A stretch of 64,000 bases of DNA from an uncultured Gemmatimonadales bacterium (lineage in GTDB: Bacteria > Gemmatimonadota > Gemmatimonadetes > Longimicrobiales > Gaopeijiaceae): the NCBI GenBank assembly GCA_963809895.1, contig CAWELD010000003.1, positions 2,112,001 through 2,176,000 of the forward strand, read 5' to 3'. Shown here piece by piece: positions 1 to 9,953 of the stretch (position 1 is its first letter; the number at the start of each line of letters is the position of its first letter). Both the position numbers and the translations under genes were made by a program. The notes under the pieces are model-generated. The model did not search any database. It had not been told where the DNA came from and saw nothing but the letters and a program-made list of their open reading frames with translations.

Positions 1-115
1 CGGCACCGTGCCCCTCCAGCGGCATTCGGCTCCAGGCCAGCACCCCGTGCTCGTGAAGGAGGTGCGCCACGCGCACGTCGTCGTCTTCCAGATAGAGAAG
101 CAGTAGCAGCTTCAT
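1..115 (-). CDS. Partial small protein (N-terminus MKLLLLLYLEDDDVRVAHLLHEHGVLAWSRMPLEGHGA), probably a P-II-like transporter-associated protein
   Basis: ATG at 115 preceded by AGGAG, 10 nt after the RND permease stop; beta-alpha-beta pattern with a P-II-like 'GxG'; runs off the window edge. Confidence 0.55.
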   Translation of the reverse strand, partial: MKLLLLLYLEDDDVRVAHLLHEHGVLAWSRMPLEGHGA

Positions 116-125
116 GATGATCTCC

Positions 126-3100
126 TTAGGAGCCTGTCCAGCTCGCGACGGGCTCGTCGTCACTGGAAGGCACGCGGGGCCAGCGCCGCCGCATGAGAAA
201 GTAGATGCCGGGTACCACCACCAGGGTGAGGAGGGTGGAGGCCAGCGCGCCGGTGATGAGGGCGACGGCCAGTCCCTGGAAGATGGGGTCGAACAGGATG
301 ACGATGGCCCCGATCACCACCGTCCCCGCCGTCAGGGCGATGGGTCGGGTCCGCACGGCGCCGGCCTCCAGCACTGCCTGCTTCAGCGGCACGTCCTGAT
401 CGAGCCGCGCTTCCAGGTAGTCGATGAGGAGGATACCGTTGCGCACCATGATGCCCGCCAGGGCGATCATGCCGATCATGGAGGTGGCGGTGAAGAAGGC
501 GTCGAAGATCCAGTGACCCGGCGCGATCCCCACCAGCGTCAGCGGGATGGCCGCCATCATGACCAGGGGCGTCGAGAACGACCCGAACCACGCCACGATC
601 AGCACGTAGATGAGCACCAGGGCACCGGCGAACGCGATGCCCAGGTCCCGGAAGACCTCGTAGGTGATCTGCCACTCTCCATCCCACTTCAGCACCGGCG
701 TCTCCACGGACGCCGGCTGGGCCGTGTAGAGCTCGGGGAGGGAGCCTCCCGCTTCGGGGAGGTGGGCCAGCTCGTCCTTGAGATCAAGAATGGCATACAC
801 GGGGCTCTCCGCGCCACCCGCGACCTCGGCCGTGACGTAGACCACGCGCTCCCCGTTCTTGCGGTCGATGACCTGCGGAACCCGCGCTTCGTCGCGATCC
901 ACGACCTCCGAGACCGGCACCAGGGCGCCGGTCCGCGACAGGACCTGGAGGCCGCTCAGACGGTCGTCGCCCGAGCGCGCCTCCTCGGCCAGGCGCACGC
1001 GCACCGGCACCGGCGTGCGCGCCTGCGGGGCGTCCAGCTGGGCCACGACCTGCCCCCCCACGCCCACCGCCAGAGCCTGGACCACCGATGCCTTCTCCAC
1101 GCCGGACAGCGCCGCCCGCTCCGGATCGACGGCGAAGCGGAGCTCGGTCTGGGGTGCGGTGAGCGACCAGTCCACGTCCACCACCGACGGGTGGTCACGG
1201 AAGCGCTGCATGACGGCCCTGGCCACCGTCTCGCGCTGGTCGGACGAGGGCGCGTACACCTCCGCCACCAGGGTGGAGAGCACCGGAGGACCGGGTGGCA
1301 CCTCCGCCACCTTGATGCGGGCGTCCACCTGGTGGCGCGCGGCGGCGGCGTCCACCAGGGGGCGCAGCGCCAAGGCCACGTCGTGGCTGCGGGCGCTGCG
1401 CTCCTGCTTCGGCACCAGATTCACCTGGAGATCCGCCACCGTCGGCCCCTGCCGCAGGTAGTAGTGACGGATCATGCCGTTGAAGTTGAAGGGCGCCGCG
1501 GTGCCCGCGTAGAGCTGGATGTCGGCCACTTCGGGCAAGGTGGTCGCGGCCCGCGCCATGTCCTGGGCCACGGCCAGCGTGGTCTCCAGCGGTGTTCCCT
1601 CCGGCAGATCCAGGATTACCTGGATCTCGTTCTTGTCGTCGAAGGGAAGCATCTTCATGCGCACGGTGCGGGTCAGGAACATCGCCCCGGCCCCGACCAG
1701 GAGGACGGACACCACCGCCAGGGCGCCCCACAGCCGTCGCGGATGCTCGAGGAGCGGCCCCATGATGCGCCGGTAGACGCGGTAGATGCGGGTCTTCTCC
1801 AGGACGTAGGCCTCGCCCTCGCCGGCATGGGCCCCCTTGAGGAGGCGGAACGCCAACCACGGCGTGATCATGAGGGCCACGCCCAGGCTGAAGAGCATGG
1901 CCACGGTGGCGCCGATGGGCATGGGACTCATGTAGGGCCCCATGAGGCCCGACACGAAGAGCATGGGCAGGACCGCCGCGATCACGGTCAGCGTGGCCAG
2001 GATCGTGGGATTGCCCACCTCGTCCACCGCGGCGCGGGCCGCGGCCCGTAGGGGGCGGTCCCGCATGGCGAAGTGACGCTCCATGTTCTCCGCCACGATG
2101 ATGGAGTCGTCGATGACGATGCCGGTGACGAAGATGAGGGCGAAGAGCGTCACGCGGTTCAGCGTGTAGCCGAAGACCTGATAGACGAAGAGCGTGAGGG
2201 CGAAGGTGACGGGCACGGCCATCATGACCACCACCGCGCTGCGCCAACCCATGGTCAGCGCCACCACCAGCCCCACCGCGAGCACCGCCATGAAGAGGTG
2301 CTCCTTGAGCGTCGTCACCTTCTCCCGCGCGGTCTCGCCGTAGTTGCGGGTCACCTGCACCTGCACGTCGTCGGGAATCACCTGCCCGTGCAGCCCGTCG
2401 AGGCGCGCCTCCAGAGCGCGGCCGACTTCGGTGGCGTCGGCACCGGGTCGCTTGGACGCGGCCAGCACCGCGAAGGGCTCCCAGACACCGGACGCGTCGG
2501 TGTTGAAGGTATACGTGTCCACCTCGGCGGGCCCGTCCACGATGCGGGCCACGTCACCCACCTGGACCAGGGCGCCGTCGCGCACGTCCAGCACCACCCG
2601 GGCCACGTCGTCGGCGCTGGACAGGAAGGGTCCCGCCACCACGCGCAGCACCTTCCCGTCGCGGGTGAAGGTGCCGGCATCGGCCCGCACGCCAGCGGCC
2701 TGCAGGCGCTGGACCACCAATCCGGGATCCACACCCCGGCCCGCCATGGCGTCGGGCAGCAGCTCCACCCGGATCTCCCGGGGCTGGCCACCCACCACGG
2801 TCACGTCACGCACGTCGGGAAGCGACTCCAGCTCGACCCGCACCTCGTCGGCCAGGCTGCGCAGCTCGGAGGGGTCGCGATCGGGACTTCGCAGGGTGGC
2901 CGTGAAGAAGGGCACGTCGTCGATGGTCACGGTCTTCACCAACGGCATGGTCACGCCCGGGGGCATGCGGTCGGCGTACTTCATGAGCGTGCTGTAGAGG
3001 CGAACCAGGCTCTCCTCCATGTCCCGGCCCACCTCGTAGCGCACCGTCACCAGGCCGAAGCCCGGCTCCGCGTGGCTGTAGACGTACTCCACGCCCTCGA

Positions 3101-3335
3101 TCCCCGAGAGGATGTTCTCCAGGGGGATGAGCACCCGATTCTCGACCTCGGCGGGCACGGCGCCGGGATACGGAACGTAGAGATCCGCCAGAGGCACGAT
3201 GATCTGGGGCTCCTCTTCGGACGGCATCGTAGCCAGCGTCCAGGCGCCTACCCCCAGGGCGCCCGCCATGAGGAGCGGTGTGAGCTTGGAGTCGAGAAAG
3301 ACGGCGGCGAGCCGTCCGGCGAGATTGCTCTTCAT
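126..3335 (-). CDS. RND efflux transporter permease subunit (AcrB/AcrD/AcrF family)
   Basis: 1069 aa; PSEEEPQI, GIVIDDSIIVAEN, GIMVRNGILL and RTRPIALT RND motifs. Confidence 0.95.
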   Translation of the reverse strand: MKSNLAGRLAAVFLDSKLTPLLMAGALGVGAWTLATMPSEEEPQIIVPLADLYVPYPGAVPAEVENRVLIPLENILSGIEGVEYVYSHAEPGFGLVTVRYEVGRDMEESLVRLYSTLMKYADRMPPGVTMPLVKTVTIDDVPFFTATLRSPDRDPSELRSLADEVRVELESLPDVRDVTVVGGQPREIRVELLPDAMAGRGVDPGLVVQRLQAAGVRADAGTFTRDGKVLRVVAGPFLSSADDVARVVLDVRDGALVQVGDVARIVDGPAEVDTYTFNTDASGVWEPFAVLAASKRPGADATEVGRALEARLDGLHGQVIPDDVQVQVTRNYGETAREKVTTLKEHLFMAVLAVGLVVALTMGWRSAVVVMMAVPVTFALTLFVYQVFGYTLNRVTLFALIFVTGIVIDDSIIVAENMERHFAMRDRPLRAAARAAVDEVGNPTILATLTVIAAVLPMLFVSGLMGPYMSPMPIGATVAMLFSLGVALMITPWLAFRLLKGAHAGEGEAYVLEKTRIYRVYRRIMGPLLEHPRRLWGALAVVSVLLVGAGAMFLTRTVRMKMLPFDDKNEIQVILDLPEGTPLETTLAVAQDMARAATTLPEVADIQLYAGTAAPFNFNGMIRHYYLRQGPTVADLQVNLVPKQERSARSHDVALALRPLVDAAAARHQVDARIKVAEVPPGPPVLSTLVAEVYAPSSDQRETVARAVMQRFRDHPSVVDVDWSLTAPQTELRFAVDPERAALSGVEKASVVQALAVGVGGQVVAQLDAPQARTPVPVRVRLAEEARSGDDRLSGLQVLSRTGALVPVSEVVDRDEARVPQVIDRKNGERVVYVTAEVAGGAESPVYAILDLKDELAHLPEAGGSLPELYTAQPASVETPVLKWDGEWQITYEVFRDLGIAFAGALVLIYVLIVAWFGSFSTPLVMMAAIPLTLVGIAPGHWIFDAFFTATSMIGMIALAGIMVRNGILLIDYLEARLDQDVPLKQAVLEAGAVRTRPIALTAGTVVIGAIVILFDPIFQGLAVALITGALASTLLTLVVVPGIYFLMRRRWPRVPSSDDEPVASWTGS

Positions 3336-4390
3336 CGGGCGGCCTCCGTCTCCGACGCGGCCGGGCCGGCCGCGGTCGGGGGCGCCTCGGAGGTCGTCCG
3401 GGACACGGGCTGGCCGTCACGGAGGGTGTCCGCCGGACGCCGCACCACCGTGAGCGTTCCGGGGGGCCCGGCGAGGACCTCCACGACCTCGTCGAGGGAT
3501 CGCCCGAGGCGCAGCCAGCGCAGGCGCAGGGTGTCGGCCTCCACGACGTAGACTCCTTGCAGCTGCCCGCGCCGTACCACGGCATCGGCGGGAATCCACT
3601 GGCTCCCGGAGCCCACGTCGTCCAGCTCGAGGCTTACCACCTGCCCGGCCCTGAGCCCCGAACCCGAGGGTGAGGCTTCCACCCGGAAGCGACGGGTGGT
3701 GGGATCGAGCGTCGGCACCACACGGGTCACGGTCGCCGGCACCCTGTCGCCTGCGGCGGTGCGAACCGCGACCGCCTGGCCCGGGCGCACCGATCCCGAC
3801 AGGTCCGAGGGCAGGTCCGCCGCCACCTTGAGGGCGCCGGTGCCGGCGATGCGCAGCACCGCGCGCCCCGGCACCGCCAGGTCGCCGGGATCGGCCATGC
3901 GCGCGGTGACCACCCCGTCGAAGGGCGCCCTGACCTCCACGTACGCCGCCTGCGCTTCGGCTTCCTGCACCGCTGCGCGGGCGGAGGAGGCCCGGGCGCT
4001 CATCTCGTCCAGCTCCTGCTGCGACGCCGCGCCGTCGGCGGCCAATCGCTGCACGCGCCCCAGGGTGCGCTCCGCCAGTTCCGCGGCCGCCCGGGCGCCC
4101 TCGATACGGGCCTGCACGTCGCTGGCGTCCAGGTGCGCCACCACCTGGCCCGCACGCACACGGTCCCCCACGTCCACGTCCACGCCGGTGAGCGTGCCGC
4201 TGGCGCGGGTCGCCACGTCGGCGCTCTGGCCGGATTCAACGCGCGCGGCGTAGCGGGCCGCGGCCGGCGCCGTCCAGGCCTCGGTGACCGTCACGGCCAC
4301 CGGCTCCACCGGCCCCGTCTCCGGACGGGGCTCGTCGCCCCCGCAGGCCGCCACGAGGGCGGCGCTCGCCACGATCCAGATGTGCTTCAT
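3332..4390 (-). CDS. RND efflux periplasmic adaptor (membrane fusion protein), lipoprotein
   Basis: Start MKHIWIVASAALVAAC (lipobox); VDVGDRVRAGQ and VRAPFDGVV lipoyl/hairpin motifs; ATGA overlaps with both neighbours. Confidence 0.92.
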   Translation of the reverse strand: MKHIWIVASAALVAACGGDEPRPETGPVEPVAVTVTEAWTAPAAARYAARVESGQSADVATRASGTLTGVDVDVGDRVRAGQVVAHLDASDVQARIEGARAAAELAERTLGRVQRLAADGAASQQELDEMSARASSARAAVQEAEAQAAYVEVRAPFDGVVTARMADPGDLAVPGRAVLRIAGTGALKVAADLPSDLSGSVRPGQAVAVRTAAGDRVPATVTRVVPTLDPTTRRFRVEASPSGSGLRAGQVVSLELDDVGSGSQWIPADAVVRRGQLQGVYVVEADTLRLRWLRLGRSLDEVVEVLAGPPGTLTVVRRPADTLRDGQPVSRTTSEAPPTAAGPAASETEAAR

Positions 4391-5751
4391 CGTCGGTCTC
4401 CCTCGCGGGTGGTGTTCGTATCGTCGTTGTGGTCGCCCAGAGCGAAATCGAGCGTCGCCCGGGCCATGAGGAGCTGCGCCTCGGCGTCCACGCGAGCCGC
4501 TCGCAGACGCGCGGCCTGTGCCTCGGCCTGGAGGAGGTCCGAGAGGGTCGTCATGCCCTCGTCGTACCGGCTGCGCAGGAGCCGTGCGGCCTCCCGGGCC
4601 GCATCGTCGGCCACCCGGGCGCTGGCCACCGCGTCGTGCGCCGATTCGAGGCCCCGACGCGCCGACGCGAGCTGGACCTGTGCGGCGCGGAGCTGCGCCT
4701 CGTGACGCGCCTCCGCGGCGCGGGCCTGGGCACCCGCGGCGTCGGCCCCGGCGCTGAGACCGAAGCCGGTGAAGAGGGGCACCGAGACCTCCACACCCAC
4801 GGTCCAGTTGGCCGAGGGATCGTCGAGGAAGCCCGGCGCGTGGCTGCCCAACTGGGCGAACCCCGCCACCGTGGGCAGCCGGGACAGCGTCGCCGAGCGG
4901 GCCCGGGCGCGGGCAGCGTCGGCGGCAGCCGCCGCGGCGCGCACATCCGCCCGGGACCCGGGGTCCGCGGGCAAGGCCGACAGGTCGTCGGACATGGTCG
5001 GCAGCGAGTCCACAGGCTCGGGAACCCGGTCCACGGGCCAACCCAGCTGAGCCCCCAGGGCGTCCAGCGCGTCCGCCACGGCGGCTCCGGCGCGCGCCAG
5101 CCTGGCTTCGGTATCGGCGCGGGCAGCTTCGGCCTGGAGGACGTCGGCGTCGGTGGCCATGCCCTCGTCGCGCCGCCGGCCCGTGCGGTCCCGGGTCGCT
5201 TCAGCCGCCTCCAGGGCGGCCTGAGCGGCACCCACCTGGCCTCGGGCGCGCACCGCTCCGAGGTAGAGGAGCCGCGCCCGGTAGCGGGTGGCCTCGGCGG
5301 TGCGGTCGGCCGCGGCCCCGGCAGCCCTGGCGTCTCCACGAGCCGCGTCCAATCCCGCCCAGCGTGCCGGCGCGCCCACCTCCCAGCGCGCTCCCAGGCC
5401 GGCGGTCCAGTCGGACACGGGGTCGGGGTCGTTCAACGCGTCGATGTCCAGATCCTGGGCGCCGAAGCGCTCCTGCCGCAGCTTGGCACCGAAGACGGCC
5501 ACGGGATCGTCGGTTCGCATGGCGCCGGCGTTGGCCTGGACCCCGGGCCAGCGGAAGGCCCCCGCGGCGTCCGCTGCCCGATCCGCGGCGCGTGCGTCCT
5601 CTCTGGCCGCGCGTAGCGAGGGGTTTCCGGCCAGCGCCTGGGCCTCGGCCTCGGCCAGGGTGATGGGCACCCGCTGGGGCGCCTGGGCCGACGCCGCGGG
5701 CGGCGCTCCCAGCAGGAGCAGCGGCAAGAGCAGTCGAAGAGATCGGGTCAT
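4387..5751 (-). CDS. TolC family outer membrane efflux protein
   Basis: Signal peptide; two OEP repeats; VSVPLFTG and RYDEGMTTLSDLLQAE motifs. Confidence 0.92.
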   Translation of the reverse strand: MTRSLRLLLPLLLLGAPPAASAQAPQRVPITLAEAEAQALAGNPSLRAAREDARAADRAADAAGAFRWPGVQANAGAMRTDDPVAVFGAKLRQERFGAQDLDIDALNDPDPVSDWTAGLGARWEVGAPARWAGLDAARGDARAAGAAADRTAEATRYRARLLYLGAVRARGQVGAAQAALEAAEATRDRTGRRRDEGMATDADVLQAEAARADTEARLARAGAAVADALDALGAQLGWPVDRVPEPVDSLPTMSDDLSALPADPGSRADVRAAAAAADAARARARSATLSRLPTVAGFAQLGSHAPGFLDDPSANWTVGVEVSVPLFTGFGLSAGADAAGAQARAAEARHEAQLRAAQVQLASARRGLESAHDAVASARVADDAAREAARLLRSRYDEGMTTLSDLLQAEAQAARLRAARVDAEAQLLMARATLDFALGDHNDDTNTTREGDRR

Positions 5752-5813
5752 GGCTCGTATCGCGTGAGGACGCGTGGATTGCGGGGATGCGGAGCGTCAC
5801 GGTGTGAGGGCCC

Positions 5814-6117
5814 TCAACCGGCGTCGCCCCGAAGGCACGACAGCACCTTCAGGGATCGGGGGTCGCCCAGCCTGTAGTAGACGTGGACGCCCTCCCTGCG
5901 CCGGGCGAGCACGCCCTTGTCACGCATGAGGTTCAGGTGCTGCGAGCACAGGGCCTGTTCCAGCGCCAACGCCTCGTGGATCTCCGTCACCGTCGCCTCG
6001 CCGGTGCGCTCCAGCAGATCGATGATGCGCAGGCGCACCGGGATGGCCCAGGCAGCGGAGCATCCTCGCCGTGGACTCGAAACGATCGTCGGGTGTTTTC
6101 GATGCGCGCGGTGACAT
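5814..6117 (-). CDS. ArsR/SmtB family transcriptional regulator (one extra base near 6040)
   Basis: MSPRASK...MLRCLGHP joins VRLRIIDLL...SQHLNLMRDKGVL...VYYRL in another frame; span is 304 nt (3n+1). Confidence 0.85.
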
Positions 6118-6142
6118 GGGCGGTCCCCTGAAGGATCGTAAC

Positions 6143-6166
6143 ATTAGAAGATAGTAATATTCTAAT
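6143..6166. promoter_or_regulatory. Putative ArsR operator (AT-rich inverted repeat)
   Basis: ATTAGAAgAT-agta-ATaTTCTAAT directly upstream of the arsR start, in an otherwise GC-rich context. Confidence 0.7.
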
Positions 6167-6230
6167 ATTCTGAGGCCGTCAAGGCCCAGTGAGGGGGTCA
6201 TGCGAGAGTGTCAGAGCCGCGGGCTGGGCG

Positions 6231-7080
6231 TCAGTTCAACCGTCGCCGCCGGGAAACCTCGTCGAGGAGGCGGCGTTCGTCTCTGGTGAGGGAGCTCATG
6301 CCGTGGGCGGAGATCTTGTCCAGCACCCGATCGACCTCGTCCAGGAGGCGACGCTCCTCGACGTTGCTCCACCCCGTGCGCTGCTGTTTGGACGACGCGT
6401 CCTCGGCCGTCTCGTCGGCCTCGTCACGGGGCACGATGGCCAGCCGGCGGGGCGCCTTCGGGGCCACCTTCTTCAGCCGCTCCAGCGCCCGCGAGGTACG
6501 CCAATCGGCCTTCAGGTAGATGAAGGCGGCCAGCAGACCGCCCAGATGGGCGAAGTGGGCGGTGGGTCCGCCGGGCGCGCCGAAGGCGCCGAAGAGGGTC
6601 ATGAGAAAGAAGAAGGCCACGAGCCACTTCGCCTTCACCGGAAAGATGCCCCAGATGTAGATGGGGGCGTCGGGCCAGTTCATGGCGAAGGCCGAGCATG
6701 AGTCCGAAGCACGCAGCCGACGCGCCCACGACCCACACCGGAGCGAGCAGGAGACTCAGGACCGCGCCTCCCAGGCCGGCCACCACGTAGAACCGGAAGA
6801 ACTCCCTCCCGCCCCAACGCGCCTCGAGCGGAGGCCCGAAGAAGAAGAGCACCAACATGTTCACGAACAGGTGCATGAAGCCGGCATGCACGAACATGTA
6901 GGTGAACACGCCCCACGGCCGGGTGAGGATCCGCTGGGGCTGGAGCGCGAACCACTCGTTGACGAGCCCCTGGCCGGCCAGGAGGGTCAGCAGGAAGACG
7001 ATCCCGTTGGCCACGAGGAGTCGCTTCACCACCGGGGTGAGCGAGTAGCTGAATCCGAAGCTCCGGCTCTGGTACGCCAT
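6231..7080 (-). CDS. Rhomboid family intramembrane serine protease with a C-terminal soluble tail (frameshift near 6690)
   Basis: HLFVNM, GASA (catalytic Ser) and AHFAHLGG (catalytic His) lie in two ORFs; tail EVDRVLDKISAHGMSSLT. Confidence 0.88.
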
Positions 7081-7175
7081 GTTCCCGCCGTTGAGGGTCC
7101 GACCCTGCCCCACCACCTATACTAGCCTACGCCCCGGTCCCGGGGCCATGTCAAATCGGCCCCCCCGGGGAGGTC

Positions 7176-8198
7176 TCAAACCCCCGTCCCGCGGTCCGGG
7201 TTCCGGGCCGCGGCCAGACGAGCGATCCGGTGGCAGAGCTCGGGAAACGACACGCCCATGGCTCGGGCCGCCTTGGGCAGCAGGCTGTTGGCGGTCATTC
7301 CCGGCAGCGCGTTGGCCTCCAGGCACCACGCGGTCCCGTCGTCGTCCAGGATGAAGTCCACACGGGAGAAATCCCGGAGTCGGAGGGCCCGGTGCACGCG
7401 CACCGCGAGCTCTTGCACGTGTCGTGCCGTGTCGTCGGGCAGATCGGCGGGAAAGATCTCCTGGGCCATGCCCGGCTGGTACTTGCACGCGTAGTCGAAG
7501 ATCTCGTGCTCGGGAATGATCTCGCCCACGGGCAAGGCCTGGTCGCCCACGACCCCCACCGTCAGCTCACGCCCCGGAACGTAGCGCTCCCACACGGGCA
7601 GATCGCCGAAGCGCGAGGCCGCCTCCACCGCCGCTTCCAGCTCCGCCCGGTCATGCGCCAGATGGAGGCGGAGCGACGAGCCCCCGCCCGCCGCCTTCAC
7701 GATCACGGGAAGGCCGAGGGCCGCCTCCACCTCGTCGGCGCTGTGCTCTCCGGCCAGCCAGTCCGGGGTCGGAACGCCGGCGTCCCGGAGGAGCCGCTTG
7801 GTGACCTCCTTGTCCATGGCCAGCGAACAGCCGAGCCGGTCGCTCCCGGTGTAGGTCACGCCGGCGGCGTCCAGGAGCGCCTGCAGGGTGCCGTCTTCTC
7901 CCGTTCCGCCGTGGAGCGCCAGGAAGTAGACGTCCACGTCGCGCAGATCGGGATCCCGGGTCAGGGCCACGGTGTGGCTCTCGTCCAGGTCGCGGAGCTC
8001 CTCGTCGAGGGGCGGCGCCGCGCGCACGCCGGATTCCAGCAGGCGGGCTTCGTCGTCCCGGGACAGGAGGCCCCGCACCGTATCCACCGCCACCACGTCG
8101 TGGCCCGCCTGGCGGAGCGCCGCCGCCACCTGCGCGCCGGAAGACAGGGAGACCTCGCGCTCGTCGGAGGTCCCCCCCATGAGGACCGCGATCTTCAC
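7176..8198 (-). CDS. ddl: D-alanine--D-alanine ligase
   Basis: VLMGGTSDEREVSLSSG, LHGGTGEDG, MDKEVTK, DYACKY and LEANALPGMT motifs; GTG start overlaps the cbs stop. Confidence 0.93.
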   Translation of the reverse strand: MKIAVLMGGTSDEREVSLSSGAQVAAALRQAGHDVVAVDTVRGLLSRDDEARLLESGVRAAPPLDEELRDLDESHTVALTRDPDLRDVDVYFLALHGGTGEDGTLQALLDAAGVTYTGSDRLGCSLAMDKEVTKRLLRDAGVPTPDWLAGEHSADEVEAALGLPVIVKAAGGGSSLRLHLAHDRAELEAAVEAASRFGDLPVWERYVPGRELTVGVVGDQALPVGEIIPEHEIFDYACKYQPGMAQEIFPADLPDDTARHVQELAVRVHRALRLRDFSRVDFILDDDGTAWCLEANALPGMTANSLLPKAARAMGVSFPELCHRIARLAAARNPDRGTGV

Positions 8199-9583
8199 AC
8201 CCGGCTCTGGGTCAGGTCGCGCACCACGTCGTAGCGGGTGACGATGTCGTCCAGCGACCCGTCCCGCCGCACGAGCACGGCGGGATTCTGCCGCAGCAGA
8301 CGGCTGACCTCCTCCGCGTCCGTGAGGGCGTCCACCACCGGGAAGGGGGTATCCATGGCACCCTCCACCGACCGGTCCAACAGACCCGGATCCTCCAGGA
8401 CGGCCGCCATGAGCTCGGCCTCGCGCACCGATCCCACGCACTCTCCGTCCAGCACCACCGGGAGCTGGGACACGCCGTGCGTGGTCATGGTGGACAGCGC
8501 CATCTGCACCGCCGTGGTGGGCGAGACGGTCATGAGAGCCGGGGCGTCTTCCTTGGCCGCCAGGACGTCGGCGGCCGTGCGGCGCCTGGGGCGCTCCAGG
8601 AATCCGTTCTCGCGCATCCACTCGTCGTCGAAGCACTTGCTGAGATAGTGCTCGCCCCAGTCACACAGGACCGACACGACGAAGGCGTCGGGGTCGTCCA
8701 GCTCCCGGGCCAGCTCCACGGCCGCGTGGGTGATGAGCCCGGCGGATCCTCCCACGAAGAGTCCCTCTTCGCGGGTGAGGCGGCGCGCCATGCGAAAGCT
8801 GTCGCCGTCGGAGACCGTCACGTAACGGTCCACGACGTCCAGGTCCAGGGTGCCCGGGATCTTGTCGTTGCCCAGGCCCTCGACCTTGTAGGGATGTCCC
8901 TCGATCTCTTCGCCGGTGTTGAACCAGGGCCCGATCATGGAGCCTTCGGGATCGACGCCGACGATCTGGACCTCCGCATTCTGCTCCTTGAGGAAGCGCC
9001 CGGTTCCGGTGATGGTGCCTCCGGTTCCCGCGCCGGCCAGGAAGTGGCTGATGCGTCCGCCGCTCTGCTCCCACAACTCGGGCCCGGTGCTCCGGTAGTG
9101 GGCGTCGGGATTGGCTTCGTTGTAGAACTGGTTGGCGAGGACCGCGCCAGGCGTACTGCGGGCGATGGCCTTGGCCTTCATCACGTAGTTTTCGGGATGA
9201 TCCGGTGGCACCGCCGTCGGCGTGATGACGACCTCGGCACCGAACGCTCTGAGGAGCTTGACCTTCTCCGAGCTCATCTTGTCCGGCATGGTGAAGATGC
9301 ACCGGTAGCCGCGCATGGCCGCCACCATGGCCAGGGCCAGACCGGTGTTCCCGCTGGTGCCCTCCACGACGGTGCCTCCTGGACGCAACGTGCCCTCGCG
9401 CTCGGCGGCCTCGATCATGGACAGGCCGATACGGTCCTTCACCGAGCCGCCCGGGTTCATGAACTCGCACTTCCCGTAGACCGGCGTCGGGCAGCCGTCG
9501 GTGACCCGGTTCAGGCGGACGAGGGGGGTCCATCCGACCACCTGGAGAATGTCGTCGTAGGGCCGGCGATGGCGCTCACTCAT
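8195..9583 (-). CDS. cbs: Cystathionine beta-synthase (PLP enzyme with C-terminal CBS pair)
   Basis: KCEFMNPGGSVKDRIG (PLP Lys), TSGNTG, GAGTGGT motifs; C-terminal CBS domains. Confidence 0.88.
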   Translation of the reverse strand: MSERHRRPYDDILQVVGWTPLVRLNRVTDGCPTPVYGKCEFMNPGGSVKDRIGLSMIEAAEREGTLRPGGTVVEGTSGNTGLALAMVAAMRGYRCIFTMPDKMSSEKVKLLRAFGAEVVITPTAVPPDHPENYVMKAKAIARSTPGAVLANQFYNEANPDAHYRSTGPELWEQSGGRISHFLAGAGTGGTITGTGRFLKEQNAEVQIVGVDPEGSMIGPWFNTGEEIEGHPYKVEGLGNDKIPGTLDLDVVDRYVTVSDGDSFRMARRLTREEGLFVGGSAGLITHAAVELARELDDPDAFVVSVLCDWGEHYLSKCFDDEWMRENGFLERPRRRTAADVLAAKEDAPALMTVSPTTAVQMALSTMTTHGVSQLPVVLDGECVGSVREAELMAAVLEDPGLLDRSVEGAMDTPFPVVDALTDAEEVSRLLRQNPAVLVRRDGSLDDIVTRYDVVRDLTQSRV

Positions 9584-9953
9584 GCTCGCCCCCGGGGCGT
9601 GGACGCTTGGAGAAGTGGACGGGGACCTCGGCCCAGACCTCGATGCGCTTGCCGTTGCGCCTCGCCGGCTGGAACCTGAGCTCCCGCGCGCCTGCGATGG
9701 CGGCGGAGTCGAAGGCCGAATGGCCGCTGGGGTCGAGGACCTCGACGCTGTCCACCCGACCGGTGTCGGTGACACGGACCCGGAGCAGCGTCTCACCCTC
9801 CACGTCCTGGTCCCAGAGCTCCACGGGATACTCGATGGGGACCTCGCCGTAGAGGGGGGTCGGCCGCTCGATCTGCTGATCGCCCGCGCACGCCGAGCCC
9901 AGCACGACGGGCGCGAGGATCCAGATGCGACGCAGGTCGGGAAAATCCATCAT
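9576..9953 (-). CDS. TonB C-terminal domain protein (short, possibly a lipoprotein)
   Basis: YP...VEGETLLRVRVTDTGRV...SGHSAFDSAA...RFQPA...VPVHF; N-terminal LGSAC. Confidence 0.85.
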   Translation of the reverse strand: MMDFPDLRRIWILAPVVLGSACAGDQQIERPTPLYGEVPIEYPVELWDQDVEGETLLRVRVTDTGRVDSVEVLDPSGHSAFDSAAIAGARELRFQPARRNGKRIEVWAEVPVHFSKRPRPGGEHE

